Shown here: positions 34,991-39,244 of the stretch, in pieces
How the letters are laid out: every line of letters begins with the position of its first letter
How positions within the stretch are numbered: position 1 is the stretch's first letter
Position numbers and translations under genes: made by a program
Origin: Pseudomonadota bacterium
GTDB taxonomy: Bacteria > Bdellovibrionota_B > Oligoflexia > Oligoflexales > RGVZ01
Assembly: GCA_041178085.1 (NCBI GenBank)
Contig: JBEGVZ010000074.1
Location: 1-39,244, forward strand
Reading direction: 5' to 3'
Length of the DNA stretch: 39,244 bases
The notes under the pieces: generated by a model
Told to the model about the DNA's origin: nothing
What the model saw: only the letters and a program-made list of their open reading frames with translations
Database searches by the model: none

Positions 34991-36352
34991 GTGATGATCG
35001 TTCACTCGAAGCTTCCCGTGATTGTCCGGTGTTTCATTTCCCTCATTATGGCCGCAGGCCTTGTTTCTTGCACGAAGAATCCTGCTGGCGGGGCTGGCGG
35101 CGGTACCGACGGAACTTTCCTGGTTGACGATGCGACGAGCTGCGAACCGGTCCAGCTGAGTGGCGGAAATATCCCAAAAGGCCTTGAAAAAAAGGTGCTT
35201 GCAGGTGTCTTGACAGACTCCTCGTACTCCTCAAGCGCATTTTTGGCGGTCGACTTGGGGGCTGGTAAGGTTTGCCCGGTCGCCAGGGGTGAATCAGGGG
35301 ACGCCTGGCTGGTTGACGGTCCGGGGGGCCTGGTTGCATTTTCTCGCCGGGCGCCTGAGTTGAATTACACGGTCTTCACGTCTTACGGGCGGACGAGTCA
35401 GCAGGCCACGCCGCTTGCCGCAAATGGCGATCCCCACGACCTGGTGGTGTTCGATGACGGCTCCAGCTCACGCTGGCTCCTGGCGATGAACACGGCCGGA
35501 AAGCTGGTTGATTTTGATCCCTCCCGCCCGGCAGAGCGCACGTCTTTGGTGCCAAGGGAACTTGAACGGGGTGCGTCCGGTGTTGCGGTATTCAGGCCTG
35601 CAGACATCTTGGTGGTGCGTGGCGACGAGTTGGCGCCGGAAGTTTTGGAGTCGAGCGGTGGAAACCCGTCAGACGAATTCGTGCTGGCCCTTCACCAGGG
35701 TCTGGACCAGTACTACCGTGGCAACGGTTCGCAAGCGATCTACGCCTGGCGCCGGACCGGTGCGGGCACCTATGTCGAAGCCGACCTCAACCCGGCCAGA
35801 TCCGGGATCAATGGTTGGCCGTTGCGTTTGAGCAACCCATCCGGATTTTTCCGCTCCGGTGATTCAGTGGCTTTGGCAGGCCTCTGCTTCAGCGTCGATA
35901 CAGCCTGTAACAGGGGTGTGGAGCGATTCAAACTTTCGGATGTTGGTTCATCAAAAGAAACCACTCTGGTCACTGATTTTGGCGGTCAGGCAATTTATTC
36001 CAACGGGTCTGTTGTTCATGGTGTGATCGATAACGGCAAGGACGCTGTCAAGGAGTTTGCCTTTGCGGCGACCCAGCAGGCAGCAGGCAAGAAGATCACG
36101 GCCATCGATCTAGAGAACGGCAAAATCCATACGGTCCATTCGTTTACCGGAAGTTCCACGGGTTACTATGGTCTTTGGTTTGACCAGCAATCCGGCACGC
36201 TGGTGGTTGGTGATTCCGATGGCAGTCGCGGCATGGTTTGGTTGTACCCGCTCGGTGACGGGGGTAAACCCACTACAAGCCCGGCGCGCATGGTTATTGG
36301 CTCAAAAGGCCAGGCGTTTCCGATGCAGTTTCTTCTTCTCAACAGGAAGTGA
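34991..36352 (+). CDS. Lipoprotein, probable beta-propeller partner of the TonB-dependent receptor
   Basis: GAGGAG RBS, lipobox LVSC, beta-rich repeats with DPHDLVV, RPADILV, SNPSG blade-like motifs. Confidence 0.65.
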   Translation: MMIVHSKLPVIVRCFISLIMAAGLVSCTKNPAGGAGGGTDGTFLVDDATSCEPVQLSGGNIPKGLEKKVLAGVLTDSSYSSSAFLAVDLGAGKVCPVARGESGDAWLVDGPGGLVAFSRRAPELNYTVFTSYGRTSQQATPLAANGDPHDLVVFDDGSSSRWLLAMNTAGKLVDFDPSRPAERTSLVPRELERGASGVAVFRPADILVVRGDELAPEVLESSGGNPSDEFVLALHQGLDQYYRGNGSQAIYAWRRTGAGTYVEADLNPARSGINGWPLRLSNPSGFFRSGDSVALAGLCFSVDTACNRGVERFKLSDVGSSKETTLVTDFGGQAIYSNGSVVHGVIDNGKDAVKEFAFAATQQAAGKKITAIDLENGKIHTVHSFTGSSTGYYGLWFDQQSGTLVVGDSDGSRGMVWLYPLGDGGKPTTSPARMVIGSKGQAFPMQFLLLNRK

Positions 36353-36355
36353 CTT

Positions 36356-38515
36356 GTGCGGACGGCATTTGTGATGCCGCGGTCCATCTGGATTTTGGTA
36401 AGCGTCTTGTCTGCTTTGCCGGTTTTGCCGCACGAAGTGCAAGCCGTTTCAAGCCCCGATGAACCCAACCGCGTTATTGTGCCTGGCAGACGGCCTGACC
36501 AAATCCGCATTGAATATCCAGGTTCCGGATGGAGTTTTCTGCCGAGCGGGGGATCCCAGGACGAGTTGGATGCCCACGTCAAGCGGTCAGCAAGCTTTTC
36601 TGTGTTGCCTGCGGATCATCCTGCGCCTTTTGGTTTCCATGCGCCGCGCATACGCGCCCAGGAGGCCCGCTTCACGCGAATTTTTGTTGGCGACGTGCCT
36701 CTGTCCGACCCATGGGCGTCACTTCCCCTGGCTGAGGAACTTGACCTTCCCGCATTCAACTCCGTTGACGTAACTGCAGGCGCGGCTCCCTTTAATCTGC
36801 CTGCCGTTGCATCCCAGGGAGCTGTCAGCTTCCGTCTGTTTCCCGCTGATCATTCGGACGTTGAGGGAGATGTGCGGGTTCCCGCCACGTGGAGCCTGAG
36901 CTCAAGGGTTGGCGAGCCGCAGGGACATGCCTCGTCGGTCAAACGAGAGGATGCTTTCTCCCGGCTGTATTTTCGCCAGTCCAATTACCGCGGAAATTAT
37001 CGTTTTTACGACGACGGCGGAACCCCGCTCAATCGCGAGGATGACGGGGTCACGCGTCGGATAAACAATCACCGGGCATCGCGCTTTTTCATGCCCGCGG
37101 GTCGCTGGCGGCTGGGAAATTCAACGATAGAATCTTTTGCGATCTGGAATGAGTCCCGGCAGGGAATTGCGCCAATCATGCAGCGCAGCGCAGAACCGGA
37201 AGCCTTGCGTGCAGCGGCAAGCCAGCAAACACGCCTCGCCCTGGGCAGGGTCTCTGTTGCCATGCCTTTATCGGGTGTAGATGGTGAATCCCAGGCGGTA
37301 CGGGATGAACTGCGTGCGTCATTGACGGCATTGCGCGATGAGCGGGAAGTTGACGATCCGGATGGTCAGGTGTTGATCCTTCCAGGACACGACAAGCGCC
37401 AGATCTTTTCCCGTAATGCCAGCATCGAGTGGGTGGGCGGGAGTTGTCTTTTTCGGACTGCAGAATGCAGGGTTTCTTTTTTTGGTGAGCGCGCCGACGT
37501 CCTGGTCGATGGCTTTTGGCCAGAGCAGGAGTTTGATCAGCTATCGGCGGAAGTTTCGCAACGAAAGTTCGGGCGTGATGGTCTGAGAGGTTTATTCGCT
37601 GCGCGCTGGAAAAACTTGGGTTATCTGCCAGGTAACATCGAGGCCAAGGTCGAGGGAGGAGTGCTGCGTGATACCCACGGTGGAGTCCTGTCCAGCGACC
37701 CGGTGACACGACCTGCTGGCTGGTCCCTGGGGTGGCATCATGTGTATTTACAATGGATTCGGCCCTGGTTGCAGCATGCAAGGGAGTCGCGCCCGCCAGG
37801 GCTGATGATGACCCATGGTGATGGCGGACGCATCCACGCGTCCGCTGGGCTGGTGCCGGAACGGATCGATCATTCAGAAGCAGGGGTGGATTTTGGCAGT
37901 GATGCCCTCGGCTGGAACAGTCATTTCGCGGTTTTCCGTGATGTCCGCAAGGATGCCATCGTGATCGTCCCGTCCAGTGTCTCCAGTTACCGTGCGCGCA
38001 ACCTTGATCAAACCAGCCAAACTCAGGGCATTGAGTGTGAGATAGGTGGCGCTTTGCCGCTTGCAGCCGCTGGTGCGACAAGGGCGTCATTGTCGTGGGT
38101 TTTCTTTCAGTCGGATAGCGGGGCGGGCGGAAGTGAGCGATTGGCAATTCCCGGCGTGCCTGCAGACGAAGGCGCGATAGCGATCGCACAACCCCTTTGG
38201 CGCCGTCCCTGGCGCATGGTCACTGGCAGGTGGACGTCCCGACGGCGCGGTGTTGTTTACCGGGACGTAGCCAATGACATCGAATCACCAGCCTGGTGGG
38301 TTCATGATGCAGCCGTGGACTTTCGTTGGCAGCCAAGCCATTCATCACATGGATCATTCAATTTGGTGGGCGGCATTGCCGTGACCAATGTCCTGGACCG
38401 GATGTGGATCGAATCGTCGACTGCTGCGGGTACGAGAAGGACTGGTTATTCTGATGTCTGGGGTGTGCCGTTGCCCGGCAGATCGTGGCAATTTTCGCTC
38501 ACGATGGAGTTTTAG
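36356..38515 (+). CDS. TonB-dependent receptor (divergent plug)
   Basis: Signal peptide; plug-like RIRAQ..TRIFVGDVPL; barrel motifs LVPER..EAG, YRARN..GIE, TNVLD; C-terminal PLPGRSWQFSLTMEF. Start GTG 36356 or ATG 36374. Confidence 0.78.
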   Translation: MRTAFVMPRSIWILVSVLSALPVLPHEVQAVSSPDEPNRVIVPGRRPDQIRIEYPGSGWSFLPSGGSQDELDAHVKRSASFSVLPADHPAPFGFHAPRIRAQEARFTRIFVGDVPLSDPWASLPLAEELDLPAFNSVDVTAGAAPFNLPAVASQGAVSFRLFPADHSDVEGDVRVPATWSLSSRVGEPQGHASSVKREDAFSRLYFRQSNYRGNYRFYDDGGTPLNREDDGVTRRINNHRASRFFMPAGRWRLGNSTIESFAIWNESRQGIAPIMQRSAEPEALRAAASQQTRLALGRVSVAMPLSGVDGESQAVRDELRASLTALRDEREVDDPDGQVLILPGHDKRQIFSRNASIEWVGGSCLFRTAECRVSFFGERADVLVDGFWPEQEFDQLSAEVSQRKFGRDGLRGLFAARWKNLGYLPGNIEAKVEGGVLRDTHGGVLSSDPVTRPAGWSLGWHHVYLQWIRPWLQHARESRPPGLMMTHGDGGRIHASAGLVPERIDHSEAGVDFGSDALGWNSHFAVFRDVRKDAIVIVPSSVSSYRARNLDQTSQTQGIECEIGGALPLAAAGATRASLSWVFFQSDSGAGGSERLAIPGVPADEGAIAIAQPLWRRPWRMVTGRWTSRRRGVVYRDVANDIESPAWWVHDAAVDFRWQPSHSSHGSFNLVGGIAVTNVLDRMWIESSTAAGTRRTGYSDVWGVPLPGRSWQFSLTMEF

Positions 38516-38573
38516 ACGGGGATCACCATCCTCGTGTGCTAAGATTCCCTGAGATGCCACCTGGAATATTTTG

Positions 38574-39020
38574 ATGCTGCCTCTTTCAATTGTTAACCGC
38601 TGGTTTGCGCCGGGAACCTCATCGCCGCCGCCGGTGCTTTTCTTTGACGGTGTTTGCGGTTTGTGTAACGGCTTTGTGCAATTTCTTTTTCGGATCGATC
38701 GGGGCAATGTTTTCATGGTGGCAACCCTGCAAGGTGACACGGCCCGGCAACGGCTCGACGCCCGGCTGATCAGTGACCTTGACAGCCTGGTTGTCTTGAC
38801 TGGACGTGGCGAAACGCTGACCAAGTCCCGCGCTGTCCTGCACGTCATGAATTGTGTGGGCGGGCCTTGGCGAGTTTTTTATTGGGCTACGTGCTGGATT
38901 CCCGCCGTGATAGCTGACGGTGTCTATGACCTGGTTGCGAAAAACCGGTACCGCTGGTTTGGAAAATTCGACGTTTGTCGCATACCTGCGCCGCATGAAC
39001 GTGACAAGTTCCTGGACTGA
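38574..39020 (+). CDS. DCC1-like thiol-disulfide oxidoreductase (DUF393)
   Basis: VLFFDGVCGLCNG (DxxCxxC), KSRAVL, YDLVAKNRYRWFGK..C..P. Confidence 0.92.
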   Translation: MLPLSIVNRWFAPGTSSPPPVLFFDGVCGLCNGFVQFLFRIDRGNVFMVATLQGDTARQRLDARLISDLDSLVVLTGRGETLTKSRAVLHVMNCVGGPWRVFYWATCWIPAVIADGVYDLVAKNRYRWFGKFDVCRIPAPHERDKFLD

Positions 39021-39244
39021 CAGGTGGTCGAAAATGGATGCTTTTCAAAGCTAAAAAAAATAAAACTGCCCCCATTCGTTGGTGATGGAATCTCGCTAAA
39101 TTTGCGGGATTTCTCTTTTTTTTCAAAGATCCCCCACATTCTGTGCGCCAATTAGCAGATGTCACTTCATGACACGGGGGTTTGAGGCTTAGTTTTGGCG
39201 CCATGAGTTGGCGCATTCCTTGTCCGTTTTGTTTTACAAAAGCT

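Noticed and set aside
34931..35005. Apparent overlap of aminotransferase and lipoprotein starts; possible cobalamin riboswitch
   Set aside because: The overlap vanishes with start 34930. The remaining 60 bp is too short for a cobalamin riboswitch and lacks a B12 box. None seen upstream of maf/metH either.
37176..38189. 337-aa minus-strand ORF
   Set aside because: R/H/P-rich antisense frame within the TonB receptor gene.
39021..39244. AT-rich tail with several TTGGCGC words (possible sigma-54 site, ncRNA or small ORFs)
   Set aside because: No TTGC at the correct spacing and no recognisable RNA fold. Probably the regulatory region of the next gene, which cannot be judged at the window edge.
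1..39244. CRISPR arrays, tRNA/rRNA, transposases, integrases, DNA-level tandem repeats
   Set aside because: None seen by eye. Intergenic spaces are short, and the Ig-like repeats are visible only at protein level.

Overview
Gene-dense, GC-rich bacterial chromosomal window with 23 protein-coding genes. I found no rRNA, tRNA, CRISPR array or mobile element. Gene content (tamB followed by an Omp85 gene, many orphan lipoproteins, sigma-28-type promoters) suggests a Bdellovibrionota/Oligoflexia-like or other deltaproteobacteria-like organism; this is inference only. From left to right: a partial coiled-coil lipoprotein missed by the ORF track; a maf-ferredoxin-metH operon (-); a long + strand run (pseudo-receiver/TPR protein, ExeA-like ATPase with dead Walker motifs, TamB, Omp85, HEAT-repeat protein with a C-terminal HEPN-like RNRAAH motif, fabG, fabH, SDR epimerase); a toxin-like lipoprotein; glutaryl-CoA dehydrogenase divergent from a fused E1 alpha/beta 2-oxoacid dehydrogenase plus an atypical FabD-like acyltransferase; two large surface lipoproteins (one with an Ig-like stalk and a GH56-like barrel); a secreted ParB-like protein with a PLP aminotransferase; a propeller-like lipoprotein with a TonB-dependent receptor; and a DCC thioredoxin-like protein. 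The best leads are (1) the E2-less gcdH / E1 / FabD-like module, (2) the HEAT-HEPN protein, (3) the TPR-pseudoATPase-TamB-Omp85 locus, and (4) four orphan lipoproteins that share a sigma-28-like promoter motif.
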